Source of the DNA: an uncultured Syntrophaceae bacterium | GTDB taxonomy: Bacteria; Desulfobacterota; Syntrophia; Syntrophales; Fen-1087 | Direction: 5' to 3' | Assembly (NCBI GenBank): GCA_964460245.1 | Contig: CAYWTL010000002.1 | Location: 1,220 to 65,219, forward strand | Length of the DNA stretch: 64,000 bases | Shown: positions 52,327 through 62,111 of the stretch, in pieces | Layout: each line of letters starts with the position of its first letter | Numbering within the stretch: position 1 is the first letter of the stretch | Notes under the pieces: generated by a model | The model's database searches: none | Told to the model about the DNA's origin: nothing | Seen by the model: only the letters and a program-made list of their open reading frames with translations | Translations under genes and position numbers: made by a program

Positions 52327-53492
52327 AAAAGATATCGATTCTCGGGAGCACGGGGTCCATCGGCGTCAGCACACTCGACGTGATCACGCGGCATTCAACG
52401 CGATTTTCCGTTGCCGCGCTGGCCGGAGGACGGAACATCCGCCTGCTGAAGGACCAGATCGAATGTTTTTGCCCGGCGTTGGCCGCCGTGATCGACGAAG
52501 CGCATGCGAAATCCCTGCGGGAGAGCCTTCCGCCCGGCTGCACCACGGCCGTTCTTTCCGGGCCGGTCGGTTACCGGGAAGTGGCCCGCCACGGGGATGC
52601 GGACCTGGTGGTGTCGGCCATGGTGGGATCGGCGGGGCTCCTGCCCACGCTGGAGGCCATCGATGCGGGAAAGGACATCGCATTGGCCAACAAGGAGACA
52701 CTGGTCATGGCGGGAAGCCTCGTGGTCGAAAAAGCCCGGGAGCGGCGGGTCCGCATCCTGCCGGTGGACAGCGAGCACAGCGCCATTCACCAGTGCCTGG
52801 CCGGAAACCGGCCGGAAGACATTTATCGGATCATCCTGACAGCCTCCGGCGGCCCTTTTCGGACATTTTCCGCCGAACAGCTCGACACCGTGACGCCTGC
52901 CGACGCCCTGAAACACCCCAACTGGGAGATGGGCCGGAAGATCACGATCGATTCCGCCTCCATGATGAACAAGGGGCTTGAAATTATCGAGGCCCGGTGG
53001 CTGTTTGACATCGACATCGACCGCATCGACGTCCTGGTTCATCCGAAAAGCATCGTCCACTCCATGGTGGCGTATCGGGACGGGTCCGTCGTCGCCCAGT
53101 TGGGGATTCCGGACATGCGGATTCCCATTGCCTATGCCCTGTCCTTTCCGGAGCGGCTGCACTGCCGGGAGGCCGCGCTGGATCTGATCCAGGCCGGTCC
53201 GATCGAATTTTTCGAACCGGACCCGGAGCGGTTCCCCTGTCTCAACCTGGCGCGCGATGCCGGGAGGTCCGGCGGAACGCTGCCCGCTGTGCTGAACGGG
53301 GCCAACGAGGTCGCGGTGGAGGCTTTCCTGCAGGAGAGAATCCGGTTCCGGGACCTGCCCGTTGTCATATCGCAGGTGTTGGAGCATCACCTTCCGGTTG
53401 CATCGCCGGACCTCGGCCAGATTCTGCAGGCGGACCGGTGGTCCCGGCGGGAAGCGGATTATTTCATTGAGAGAATCGCGGAAAACAGGTAA
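52323..53492 (+). CDS. dxr: 1-deoxy-D-xylulose 5-phosphate reductoisomerase
   Basis: MKKISILGSTGSIGVSTLDV..LANKETLV..VDSEHSAIHQCL..LTASGGPFR..HPNWEMGRKITIDSASMMNKGLE.IEA. ATGA overlap with cdsA. Confidence 0.95.
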   Translation: MKKISILGSTGSIGVSTLDVITRHSTRFSVAALAGGRNIRLLKDQIECFCPALAAVIDEAHAKSLRESLPPGCTTAVLSGPVGYREVARHGDADLVVSAMVGSAGLLPTLEAIDAGKDIALANKETLVMAGSLVVEKARERRVRILPVDSEHSAIHQCLAGNRPEDIYRIILTASGGPFRTFSAEQLDTVTPADALKHPNWEMGRKITIDSASMMNKGLEIIEARWLFDIDIDRIDVLVHPKSIVHSMVAYRDGSVVAQLGIPDMRIPIAYALSFPERLHCREAALDLIQAGPIEFFEPDPERFPCLNLARDAGRSGGTLPAVLNGANEVAVEAFLQERIRFRDLPVVISQVLEHHLPVASPDLGQILQADRWSRREADYFIERIAENR

Positions 53493-53538
53493 GTAAAAGC
53501 GCTTTTTTGAAAAGCGCCGGACAGGAAGGAGTTGCGGA

Positions 53539-54642
53539 TTGATCGGAATCAGCGTCGTATCCTTGATTGTGCTCTTGGGGGTGCTCATTTTCGCGCACGA
53601 ACTAGGCCATTTTCTGATGGCGAAAAAGTCCGGCGTCGGGGTGCTGAAATTTTCACTGGGCTTCGGTCCGAAAATCATCGGGAAAAAGGTCGGCGAAACG
53701 GAGTATCTACTGTCCGCCATCCCCCTGGGGGGGTATGTGAAGCTCCTCGGGGAGTCGGACGTGGAGGGTCTGTCGGAGGAAGAGCAGAAGCGGTCCTTCA
53801 GCAAGCAGTCCGTCCTGAAGCGGATCCTGATCGTGGCCGCAGGTCCCGTTTTCAACTTCCTGCTGGCCATCGCGATTTTTACCGCCGTCTTCATGTGGGG
53901 CGTGCCCGTGCTGACCAGCCAGATCGGCGGCGTTCAGGAGGGTTCCCCGGCCTTCGCGGCGGGATTGAAGGAAGGCGATGTCGTCATCGCCCTGGATGGA
54001 ATCCCCGTGTCGCGCTGGGACAGAATGGCGGATACGATCGGCCGGAGCGAAGGAAAGGCCCTGAGGGTCGCCTTCCTCAGGAACGGTGTCCGGCAGGAGG
54101 TGACAGCGACGCCCACTCTGCAGATGTCCAAAACCATCTTCGGAGAGGATGTGGAGGCCTACAAGCTGGGCATCGGCGCATCCAGCCAGACTTTCGTCGA
54201 GCGGCTGAATCCCGCCGAGGCCGCCTGGGCGAGCCTGAAACAGACCTGGATGATCAGCAAGCTGACGCTGGTCAGCATCGTGAAGATCTTCGAAGGCGTC
54301 CTCTCGCCGAGAACGCTGGGAGGGCCGATCCTGATCGCGCAGATGGCGGGCTCGTCCGCACAGGAAGGCATCATTCCTTTCGTCATTTTCATGGCCCTGC
54401 TCAGCATCAACCTCGCCGTGCTGAACCTGCTCCCGGTCCCCGTGCTCGACGGGGGACACCTGGTATTCTATCTCATCGAAATCGTCAAGGGCAGCGAGGT
54501 CAGCGTGAAGTGGCGGGAAATGGCCAATCAAGTCGGCTTCATCCTCCTGATCCTGCTGATGATCTTTGTCTTCATGATGGACATTGACCGTCTGAACATC
54601 AAGGCCGTCAATGAATTTACCAAATTCTTTACGGGCAAATAG
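53539..54642 (+). CDS. rseP: RIP metalloprotease RseP (M50 site-2 protease)
   Basis: IFAHELGHFLMAKK (HExxH), PDZ region GSPAFAAGLKEGDVVIALDG, INLAVLNLLPVPVLDGGH (LDG motif). TTG start at 53539. Confidence 0.93.
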   Translation: MIGISVVSLIVLLGVLIFAHELGHFLMAKKSGVGVLKFSLGFGPKIIGKKVGETEYLLSAIPLGGYVKLLGESDVEGLSEEEQKRSFSKQSVLKRILIVAAGPVFNFLLAIAIFTAVFMWGVPVLTSQIGGVQEGSPAFAAGLKEGDVVIALDGIPVSRWDRMADTIGRSEGKALRVAFLRNGVRQEVTATPTLQMSKTIFGEDVEAYKLGIGASSQTFVERLNPAEAAWASLKQTWMISKLTLVSIVKIFEGVLSPRTLGGPILIAQMAGSSAQEGIIPFVIFMALLSINLAVLNLLPVPVLDGGHLVFYLIEIVKGSEVSVKWREMANQVGFILLILLMIFVFMMDIDRLNIKAVNEFTKFFTGK

Positions 54643-54652
54643 CGGCCTTAAA

Positions 54653-55342
54653 ATGAACATCCTTGCGATCGACACGTCACAGAAAACCGTCGGTGTCGCC
54701 CTGCTCGAAGATGAACTCGTCCGTGTGGAGACTTTCGTCAACCGGGAAGTCAACCACACCGAGATCCTCCTGCCTGTGATCGAGCGAACCTTCCGAACGG
54801 CGGGCATGGAAATCGCCCAAATCGACCTCTTTGCGCTAACCCTCGGTCCGGGATCCTTCACGGGTCTTCGAATCGGCGCCAGCACGGTAAAAGGATTTGC
54901 ACTGGCGACCGGAAAGCCCGTTGCGGGTGTCTCCACGCTGGATGCTCTGGCGCAAAACGGTGCAGGGTCGGATCGTCTGATCTGCCCGCTGCTCAATGCC
55001 CAGAAGCAGCAGGTCTACACCGCCGGTTACCGCGCCCGGGCGGACGGACGGCTGGAGAAAACAGCGGAAGAGCGCGTTGAGAACGTGAAAGACCTGCTCG
55101 GCGGTCTTCGGGAAGATGCGCTCTTCCTCGGTGACGGCGCCGTCGACTACGCAGGTGTGATCCGCGAAATCCTTGGGGACGAGGCTTTGTTCGCCCCCGG
55201 CCACCAGCACCATGTGCGAGCGGCGGCGGTAGGCCTTCTCGCTTGTCGGAAATACCGGGGCGGCGACGTGCTCGATCTCTTCCGATTCACCCCGAGCTAC
55301 CTTCGGCTTTCCGAGGCGGAAAACCGCCTTCGCGGTCGGTAA
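54653..55342 (+). CDS. tsaB: tRNA t6A37 biosynthesis protein TsaB
   Basis: MNILAIDTSQKTVGVALLED...H.E.LLP.I......GPGSFTGLRIGASTVKGFALATGKPVAGVSTLDALA. ATG 54653 lies within ORF 54611..55342. Confidence 0.88.
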   Translation: MNILAIDTSQKTVGVALLEDELVRVETFVNREVNHTEILLPVIERTFRTAGMEIAQIDLFALTLGPGSFTGLRIGASTVKGFALATGKPVAGVSTLDALAQNGAGSDRLICPLLNAQKQQVYTAGYRARADGRLEKTAEERVENVKDLLGGLREDALFLGDGAVDYAGVIREILGDEALFAPGHQHHVRAAAVGLLACRKYRGGDVLDLFRFTPSYLRLSEAENRLRGR

Positions 55343-55433
55343 ACCTGATTTTACTGGGGGTTTGAGGACAAGAGCGATTGACAAGAAAGGGGTCTTGGGA
55401 TAGAAGAAAAGTGCGGCGGAAGGAGCCGAGCGG

Positions 55434-55655
55434 ATGGAAAAGGCTGAATCGCTTTTGATCGAAAAGCACATTCACCGGGATGAGGAACTGAAGCGGCACG
55501 TCGAAAATCACAGGCGGCTCGAAACGGCGCTGGCGGAATTCAACCGGCGGCGGTACCTTAGTCCGGAGGAGCAGATCGAGAAAAAGAACATTCAGAAGCG
55601 AAAATTGAGGGAAAAGGAACAAATACTCCGGATACTGGAAAACTACCGGATCTGA
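55434..55655 (+). CDS. DUF465 (YdcH-like) small coiled-coil protein
   Basis: 73 aa. HRDEELKRHVENHRRLETALAEFNRRRYLSPEEQIEKKNIQKRKLREKEQI resembles the DUF465 pattern. GGAGCC RBS region upstream. Confidence 0.65.
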   Translation: MEKAESLLIEKHIHRDEELKRHVENHRRLETALAEFNRRRYLSPEEQIEKKNIQKRKLREKEQILRILENYRI

Positions 55656-55659
55656 AGCC

Positions 55660-56307
55660 ATGAGCGAAAAGCACGACAGCCCGATCGCGAGGGAGGGCTA
55701 TCCCTTCATCCTCGCGACCGCCGCATTTACCCTGGCCGCCTTTTTCCTGGGGATGCCGCGGATCGCCTTCCTCCTGTTTCTGGCGACCGGGTTCGTCGTC
55801 TGGTTTTTCCGGAATCCGGAGAGAAGTTTCCCGCCGGGAGAGAAACTCGTCATCTCGCCGGCTGACGGTAAGGTGATCCGGATTGAGGAGATCGGGGGCC
55901 ACGAACTCCTTCCCGGAATTTCCAGAAAGATCAGCATTTTCATGAATGTCTTCAGCGTTCACGTAAACCGGTTTCCCTATTCGGGCCGGATCGAGGCCAT
56001 CCGCTACGATCCGGGGAAGTTTCTGTCGGCCAACCTGGACAAGGCCTCGTCGGACAACGAACGCAATGCCGTCCTGATCCGAACCGAAGACGGCCGCTTG
56101 ATTCTGGTCATCCAGATAGCCGGGCTCGTGGCCCGGCGGATTGTCTGCTGGGTGAAAGAGGGCATGCCCGCGGGGAAGGGCGAGCGGTTCGGAATGATCC
56201 GCTTCGGCTCGCGGGTGGAAGTTCTGCTGCCCCCCGACGCGGACATACTCGTGAAGGTGGGCGACAACGTCAGGGCGGGTGAGACGCCGATTGGAGGTCT
56301 GTCATGA
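55660..56307 (+). CDS. psd: Phosphatidylserine decarboxylase proenzyme (short, archaetidylserine-decarboxylase-related type)
   Basis: Two N-terminal TM helices. ISPADGKV..IFMNVFSVHVNR.P.SG..; self-cleavage region GMIRFGSRVEVLLP (G-S-R). 215 aa. Confidence 0.88.
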   Translation: MSEKHDSPIAREGYPFILATAAFTLAAFFLGMPRIAFLLFLATGFVVWFFRNPERSFPPGEKLVISPADGKVIRIEEIGGHELLPGISRKISIFMNVFSVHVNRFPYSGRIEAIRYDPGKFLSANLDKASSDNERNAVLIRTEDGRLILVIQIAGLVARRIVCWVKEGMPAGKGERFGMIRFGSRVEVLLPPDADILVKVGDNVRAGETPIGGLS

Positions 56308-57095
56308 AAGAGAAAAACCAGCTTCGCAGGGATCGCATGAAGAAGGGGATATACGTGCTCCCCAACCTCTTTACCACGGCAAGCCTGTTTGCCGGTTTTT
56401 ACTCGGTCATCGCCTCCGTGAAGGGACTGTATGAAGTTGCCGCCTGGACGATCCTGATTGCCATCGTCCTGGACGGCCTGGACGGCCGCATCGCCCGAAT
56501 GACGAATACGACCAGCAAGTTCGGCGCCGAATACGATTCGCTGTCCGACTTGGTCGCCTTCGGTGTCGCCCCGGCCATCCTTTCCTACCACTGGGCGCTC
56601 ATGTCCTACGGGAAATGGGGCTGGCTGGCGTCGTTTCTTTTTGTGACCTGCGGCGCCCTGCGGCTCGCCCGCTTCAATGTGCAGATCGGGATCATCGACA
56701 GCAGGGTGTTCAACGGACTGGCCATTCCGGCCGGTGCTTCCGTCATGGCGACAACGGTGCTTCTTTATTACAAACTGGGCGGAGAGGGCCAGTTTCACAA
56801 TCCGGCCGTTCTGATCGGTACGGTCGTCGTGGCCCTTCTGATGGTCAGCAGCATCAAGTATTACAGCTTCAAGGATCTGAACTTCTTTGCCAGGAAACCT
56901 TTCATGTCTTTTGTGATGATCGTCGTCGTGCTGGTCATTGTCGTGGCGGAGCCGCAGATCATGATTTTCACGTTTTGCTTCGGCTATGCGCTTTCCGGTC
57001 CCGTATGGCTGATCTACAAACTGGCCAAGCGGACGCCGGCTGCACAGGGCGAAAAAGTGGTCCATCACGAGACTCCCGGGTCGTTGAAAAAGTAG
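56304..57095 (+). CDS. pssA: CDP-diacylglycerol--serine O-phosphatidyltransferase
   Basis: CDP-alcohol phosphatidyltransferase motif DGLDGRIARMTNTTSKFGAEYDSLSDLV. Multi-TM. ATGA overlap with psd. Confidence 0.9.
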   Translation: MKEKNQLRRDRMKKGIYVLPNLFTTASLFAGFYSVIASVKGLYEVAAWTILIAIVLDGLDGRIARMTNTTSKFGAEYDSLSDLVAFGVAPAILSYHWALMSYGKWGWLASFLFVTCGALRLARFNVQIGIIDSRVFNGLAIPAGASVMATTVLLYYKLGGEGQFHNPAVLIGTVVVALLMVSSIKYYSFKDLNFFARKPFMSFVMIVVVLVIVVAEPQIMIFTFCFGYALSGPVWLIYKLAKRTPAAQGEKVVHHETPGSLKK

Positions 57096-57234
57096 AAAGG
57101 GAAAAGGGTCGGACGCATGTCGAGTCGGTCCGGCGGATGGAAAATGGCGCACCGGTGAAGGGGCGTCGGGATGCCCGGGATGATGTTGGCGGTATGAAAA
57201 ATTCAATTTTTTGGATCGGGAGGATGCGGAATTC

Positions 57235-58254
57235 ATGAAGACGTTCAGTGTGGCCGTTGTCGGCGCGACCGGCGCGGTGGGCAATGAAATGATCCGGGTA
57301 CTGGAGGAGCGGAATTTTCCGGTGGGACGGCTGAAACTGCTGGCTTCGGAACGCTCACGGGGCAAGTCTCTGGAATACAGGGGGGCGTCCGTTTCCGTGG
57401 AAGTGCTGGATGAAAATTCCTTCGCAGGCGTGCAGATCGGGCTCTTTTCCGCGGGTGGCAGCATCAGCGAGAAGTTTGCGCCCATTGCCGCAAAGGCAGG
57501 GTGCGTGGTGGTGGACAACACCAGCGCTTTTCGCATGGCGCCCGATGTTCCCCTGGTGGTGCCGGAGGTCAATCCCGAGGCCATCGCCCAGTACCGGAAC
57601 AGGGGCATCATCGCCAACCCGAACTGTTCGACCATCCAGATGGTCGTGGCCCTGAAGCCGATTCACGATGCCGCGAGGATCAAGCGGATTGTCGTGTCCA
57701 CGTATCAGTCCGTTTCCGGAACGGGGAAGAAAGCCGTTGACGAGTTGGAGGCGCAGACCCGCGCGCTCATGAACGGCCGAGAGGCGGTTGCGAAGGTCTA
57801 TCCCTACCCAATCGCCTTCAACTGCCTGCCGCAGATCGATGTTTTTGTCGAGAACGGCTACACCAAGGAAGAAATGAAGATGATCAACGAGACCCGGAAG
57901 ATCATGAACGATCCTTCCATTGCCGTGACCGCGACGACGGTTCGCGTGCCTGTTTTTTATGCCCATTCCGAGTCGGTCAACATCGAGACGCAGCGGAAGA
58001 TCACCCCGGCGGAAGTGAGGGCGCTGCTGTCGAAGGCGCCCGGCGTCACCGTGGTGGACGATCCGTCGCAGCGGCTCTATCCGCTGGCGATTCATGCCGC
58101 CGGGAAGGACGACACCTATGTGGGACGGATCCGGGAGGATGAATCGATCCCCAACGGGATCAACATGTGGGTCGTGTCGGACAATCTTCGTAAGGGCGCG
58201 GCGCTGAACGCCGTCCAGATCGCGGAAATTCTCGCGAGAGACTATTTGCAATGA
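57235..58254 (+). CDS. asd: Aspartate-semialdehyde dehydrogenase
   Basis: VAVVGATGAVGNEMIRVLEER.FP.., active-site IIANPNCSTIQMVVAL, ..VSTYQSVSGTGKKA.., VRVPVFYAHSE. ATG 57235 lies within ORF 57211..58254. Confidence 0.94.
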   Translation: MKTFSVAVVGATGAVGNEMIRVLEERNFPVGRLKLLASERSRGKSLEYRGASVSVEVLDENSFAGVQIGLFSAGGSISEKFAPIAAKAGCVVVDNTSAFRMAPDVPLVVPEVNPEAIAQYRNRGIIANPNCSTIQMVVALKPIHDAARIKRIVVSTYQSVSGTGKKAVDELEAQTRALMNGREAVAKVYPYPIAFNCLPQIDVFVENGYTKEEMKMINETRKIMNDPSIAVTATTVRVPVFYAHSESVNIETQRKITPAEVRALLSKAPGVTVVDDPSQRLYPLAIHAAGKDDTYVGRIREDESIPNGINMWVVSDNLRKGAALNAVQIAEILARDYLQ

Positions 58255-58303
58255 ACGGTCAGCGGGCAATCCAGCCGGCGGACGGTCCGCAATCCTGCTT
58301 TTT

Positions 58304-58873
58304 ATGAGAATTGTAGGGGGATCGGCACGGGGCAGAAAACTTTATATTCCCGAAGCATCTCCGGTCCGGCCGACCTCCGAAAGGATCAAGGAGGCGCTGT
58401 TCAACATCCTCGGGCCGGTCGATGGAAAATCCTTCCTGGATCTCTTCGCCGGAACCGGGAACGTGGGTCTGGAAGCGCTCAGCCGGGGCGCGGCCCGGGC
58501 CGTTTTCGTCGAGAAAAACAGAATTCTCGCCCGGGCCATCCGCCGGAATGCCGAGGCCGGCCGATTCAGTCAAAAGGCGGAAATCCTGTGTGCGGACTTC
58601 AGCAGGGCATTGGGGATGATGGCCGAAAGGCTGGACTCCTTCGACATCCTCTTTGCGGACCCCCCCTATGAGGCGGGCCGCGTCGGTCCGGTCGTCGCAG
58701 CGCTGGCGGACGGGCCTCTGATGGCCGCGGGCGGCCTCGTGGTCCTTCAACACTCCATCCGGGAGGCGGCAGTGTCCGGTCGGCCCGGCCTGGTCATGAC
58801 GGACCAGAGAGGTTACGGCGACACGCGCCTCTCCTTCTTTCAAAAAGAGCATGTCCGTGCAAATGTTTCATGA
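58304..58873 (+). CDS. rsmD: 16S rRNA (guanine966-N2)-methyltransferase RsmD
   Basis: MRIVGGSARGRKL..P....RPTSERIKEALFNIL..FLDLFAGTGNVGLEALSRGA..FADPPY. Confidence 0.88.
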   Translation: MRIVGGSARGRKLYIPEASPVRPTSERIKEALFNILGPVDGKSFLDLFAGTGNVGLEALSRGAARAVFVEKNRILARAIRRNAEAGRFSQKAEILCADFSRALGMMAERLDSFDILFADPPYEAGRVGPVVAALADGPLMAAGGLVVLQHSIREAAVSGRPGLVMTDQRGYGDTRLSFFQKEHVRANVS

Positions 58874-58959
58874 AGGGTGTAATGGCCCGCCGTTCTGTTG
58901 CGCCTCGTGCGCGGCAGAGGCTTGCCGATGGGAGTAAATTCAGATACAGGACGGTCGAA

Positions 58960-59448
58960 ATGAAAAAAATTGCGGTTTATCCCGGTTCCTTTGACCCCAT
59001 TACCAACGGGCACATCGACATCATCACGCGCGGCCTTCGAATGTTCGATGAAATGATCATTCTGGTGGCCTACAATCCAAACAAGGCATCGCTTTTCTCC
59101 GTGGAGGAGCGGATGGATCTGGTTCGCAAATGCCTGAAAGGGAACAACGTCCGCGTCGACTGCTCATCGGGACTGCTGGTGGACTACGTCCGAAGCCAGG
59201 GCGCCAACGTGATCCTCAGAGGACTGCGGGCCGTTTCGGATTTCGAATACGAATTTCAGATGGCCCTGATCAACCGGCGATTGAACCGGGATGTCGAAAC
59301 CGTGTTTCTCATGACGGGCTATCAGTGGTTCTACACCAGTTCCAATCTGATCAAGGAGGCCGCCAGCCTGGGCGGATCCGTCCAAGGGCTGGTGCCGGAC
59401 CTGGTGAATGAGAGGCTTCAGCAGTTGTTTGGAAGAGCGAAGGAATGA
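58960..59448 (+). CDS. coaD: Pantetheine-phosphate adenylyltransferase
   Basis: MKKIAVYPGSFDPITNGHIDII.R......I.V..NP.K...F...ER......RGLRAVSDFEYE.QMA..NR. ATG 58960 lies within ORF 58870..59448. Confidence 0.94.
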   Translation: MKKIAVYPGSFDPITNGHIDIITRGLRMFDEMIILVAYNPNKASLFSVEERMDLVRKCLKGNNVRVDCSSGLLVDYVRSQGANVILRGLRAVSDFEYEFQMALINRRLNRDVETVFLMTGYQWFYTSSNLIKEAASLGGSVQGLVPDLVNERLQQLFGRAKE

Positions 59449-60647
59449 GAAAAATGAGATTGACGGCGCGCATCAACCGCATCAAACCATCGCCCACACT
59501 GGCGATTACCATGAAAGCCAACGCCCTGCGGGCGCAAGGCCGCGATATTGTCGGCTTCGGGGCCGGCGAGCCCGACTTCGATACACCGGATCATGTCAAA
59601 AGGGCGGCTGTCCGGGCGATCCACGATGGCTTCACAAAATACACGCCTGTGGGCGGCATTGACGAGCTGAAGGACGCCATCATCGGAAAGCTGAAGCGGG
59701 ACAACGGGCTGGACTACAATCGCGGCCAGATCTGCGTGTCCTGCGGCGCCAAGCACACCCTTTACAACCTCGCCCAGATCCTCTTTGAGGAGGGAGACGA
59801 GGTGATCATCCCTTCTCCCTATTGGGTTTCCTACCCCGACATCGTGGTCCTGACCGGCGCGAAGGCCGTTATCCTGGAAACGAAGGCCTCGGAGGGATTC
59901 AAGATCCGGCCCGAAAGGCTGGAGGCGGCCATCCATGAGCGCACCCGCGCCGTGATCATCAACAGCCCTTCCAACCCGAGCGGCGTGGCCTACAGCCCCG
60001 CCGAAATGGAAAAACTGGCCGGCGTCATCCTGAGGAAAAAGGTGCTCGCCATCTCCGACGACATCTACGAAAAGATCCTCTATGACGACCGGTCCTTCGC
60101 CAACGTGGCTTCCGTCGATCCCGCCGTGGCGGGGATGACCGTCGTGGTCAACGGGCTGTCCAAGTCCCACGCCATGACGGGGTGGCGGATCGGCTATGCC
60201 GCCGGACCGGCGGAGATCATTGCCGCCGTCACGAAACTGCAGAGCCAGAACACGTCGAACCCGAACTCCATTGCCCAGAAGGCCGCCGTGGAGGCCCTCA
60301 ACGGAGACCAGTCCGTTGTGGGCGAAATGGTTCGGGAGTTCGAGAAGCGGAGAAACGTCATTGTGGAACGATTGAACACAATCCCCGGGATCTCCTGCAT
60401 GGTCCCGCAGGGCGCCTTCTACGTCTTTCCCTCGATTGGAGGCCTGCTGGGGAGCAAGCACGGCGGAAAGGTCCTGGCTACATCCGCCGATGTGGCGGCA
60501 TGGCTACTCGAGGAGGCCGATGTCGCCGTCATCCCCGGCGGAGAGTTCGGGCATGACGACCACATCCGCCTGTCCTACGCCACATCGATGGCCCAGATCG
60601 AAAAGGGCACGGACCGGATTCGGGATGCGGTAATGAAGCTCGCATGA
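59445..60647 (+). CDS. Aspartate/aromatic-type class I aminotransferase
   Basis: IKPSPTLAITMKANALRAQGRDIVGFGAGEPDFDTP.HV..A......G.TKYTP.GGI.ELK; INSPSNPSG; SKSHAMTGWRIGY (PLP lysine). ATGA overlap with coaD. Confidence 0.9.
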   Translation: MRKMRLTARINRIKPSPTLAITMKANALRAQGRDIVGFGAGEPDFDTPDHVKRAAVRAIHDGFTKYTPVGGIDELKDAIIGKLKRDNGLDYNRGQICVSCGAKHTLYNLAQILFEEGDEVIIPSPYWVSYPDIVVLTGAKAVILETKASEGFKIRPERLEAAIHERTRAVIINSPSNPSGVAYSPAEMEKLAGVILRKKVLAISDDIYEKILYDDRSFANVASVDPAVAGMTVVVNGLSKSHAMTGWRIGYAAGPAEIIAAVTKLQSQNTSNPNSIAQKAAVEALNGDQSVVGEMVREFEKRRNVIVERLNTIPGISCMVPQGAFYVFPSIGGLLGSKHGGKVLATSADVAAWLLEEADVAVIPGGEFGHDDHIRLSYATSMAQIEKGTDRIRDAVMKLA

Positions 60648-60692
60648 GGCAAAGGCCACTTCCGATGACAGAACGGATTCAGTGAGGATACC

Positions 60693-62096
60693 ATGGGCGG
60701 TTTGTTCGGTGTCGTTTCTCGTCAGGACTGTTCGAAAACCCTGTTTTACGGAACGGATTACCACTCCCACCTGGGCACGGAAAACGGCGGCATGGCCGTG
60801 TATGGGGAGCAGGGATTCTACAACACCATTCACAGCATCAGCCAAGCCCAGTTCAAATCCCGCTTTGTAGACGATTACAAGGAAATGAGCGGCTATCAGG
60901 GGATTGGGGCCATTGACGACGACGCTCCCCAGCCCCTCATCGTGCGCTCCAAGTTCGGCACCTTCGCCTTGGCCGCCACCGGCCTGATCACCAACAAGGA
61001 CCGGCTGACGAAAGATCTGATGGATAAGGGGTCTTCCTTCAGCGAGATGACCGGCGGCGGGATCAACACCGTCGAAATGGTCGCCAAGCTGATCAACCAG
61101 GGTGATTCGATCGTGGACGGCATCGTTCGCATGCAGGACGCCGTTGAGGGGTCCATCTGCGCGCTGGTCATGACGGCGGAGGGCGTCTACGCCGCACGGG
61201 ACAAATGCGGCCGCTTTCCCCTCTCCATCGGGGAGAAGAGCGGCAACGGAGGAAGAGGATTTGCCGTCGCAACCGAGGTGAGCGCCTTCCCGAACCTCGG
61301 CTATGAGCTGGTGAAGCACCTCGGTCCGGGAGAGATCACGCTCCTGTCCCTGTCGGGCCTGAAAAATCTCAAGCCGGAAAATCCGGAGAAGCACGTCTGC
61401 GCCTTCCTGTGGATCTACACGGGATATCCCTCGTCCGTTTACGAGGGCATTCCGGTCGAAAGCGCACGGGAGCGCTGCGGGCGGGCCATTGCCCGCAACG
61501 ACGACGTCGCGGCCGATTTCGTCGCCGGGATCCCCGATTCCGGCGTGGGGCACGCGATCGGGTATGCCATCGAATCGGGCACCCCCTACCGGCGGCCGCT
61601 GGTGAAATACACGCCGGGCTACGGCCGGAGCTATACGCCGCCATCCCAGGAAATCCGAGACCTCGTTGCGACCATGAAACTCAGCGCCGTCCGCGGCGTC
61701 ATCAACGGCAGCCGCATGGTGATCTGCGACGATTCCATCGTACGCGGGACGCAACTGAAGAACTACACCATCAAGAAGCTCCTGGACAACGGCGCCCGCG
61801 AGATCCATGTCCGTCCGGCCTGTCCTCCCCTCATGTTCCCCTGCGTGTTTGCCTCTTCGACGCGCTCGAAATCCGAGCTGGCCTGCCGGCGGGCGATTCG
61901 GGCCATCGAGGGAGCGGACATTCACGATGTTTCGGAATATCTGGACCACCGTTCCGAAAAGTACCGCAACATGGTCGAATGGATTCGACGGGACCTGAAC
62001 GTGACATCCCTGAAGTATCTGAACATCGAGGACATGATCGAGGCCATCGGCCTGCCGGAGAGCCAACTTTGCCTTTACTGCTGGCGGGGCCGATAA
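60693..62096 (+). CDS. PurF-like amidophosphoribosyltransferase homolog lacking the N-terminal catalytic cysteine
   Basis: N-terminus MGGLFGVVS (canonical PurF is MCG[IV]xG). Ntn-type GATase-like fold region. PRPP loop MVICDDSIVRGTQLK. Cys-rich C-terminus (CPPLMFPC, LCLYCW). 467 aa. Confidence 0.8.
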   Translation: MGGLFGVVSRQDCSKTLFYGTDYHSHLGTENGGMAVYGEQGFYNTIHSISQAQFKSRFVDDYKEMSGYQGIGAIDDDAPQPLIVRSKFGTFALAATGLITNKDRLTKDLMDKGSSFSEMTGGGINTVEMVAKLINQGDSIVDGIVRMQDAVEGSICALVMTAEGVYAARDKCGRFPLSIGEKSGNGGRGFAVATEVSAFPNLGYELVKHLGPGEITLLSLSGLKNLKPENPEKHVCAFLWIYTGYPSSVYEGIPVESARERCGRAIARNDDVAADFVAGIPDSGVGHAIGYAIESGTPYRRPLVKYTPGYGRSYTPPSQEIRDLVATMKLSAVRGVINGSRMVICDDSIVRGTQLKNYTIKKLLDNGAREIHVRPACPPLMFPCVFASSTRSKSELACRRAIRAIEGADIHDVSEYLDHRSEKYRNMVEWIRRDLNVTSLKYLNIEDMIEAIGLPESQLCLYCWRGR

Positions 62097-62111
62097 AACG
62101 TGCCGGCTTCC

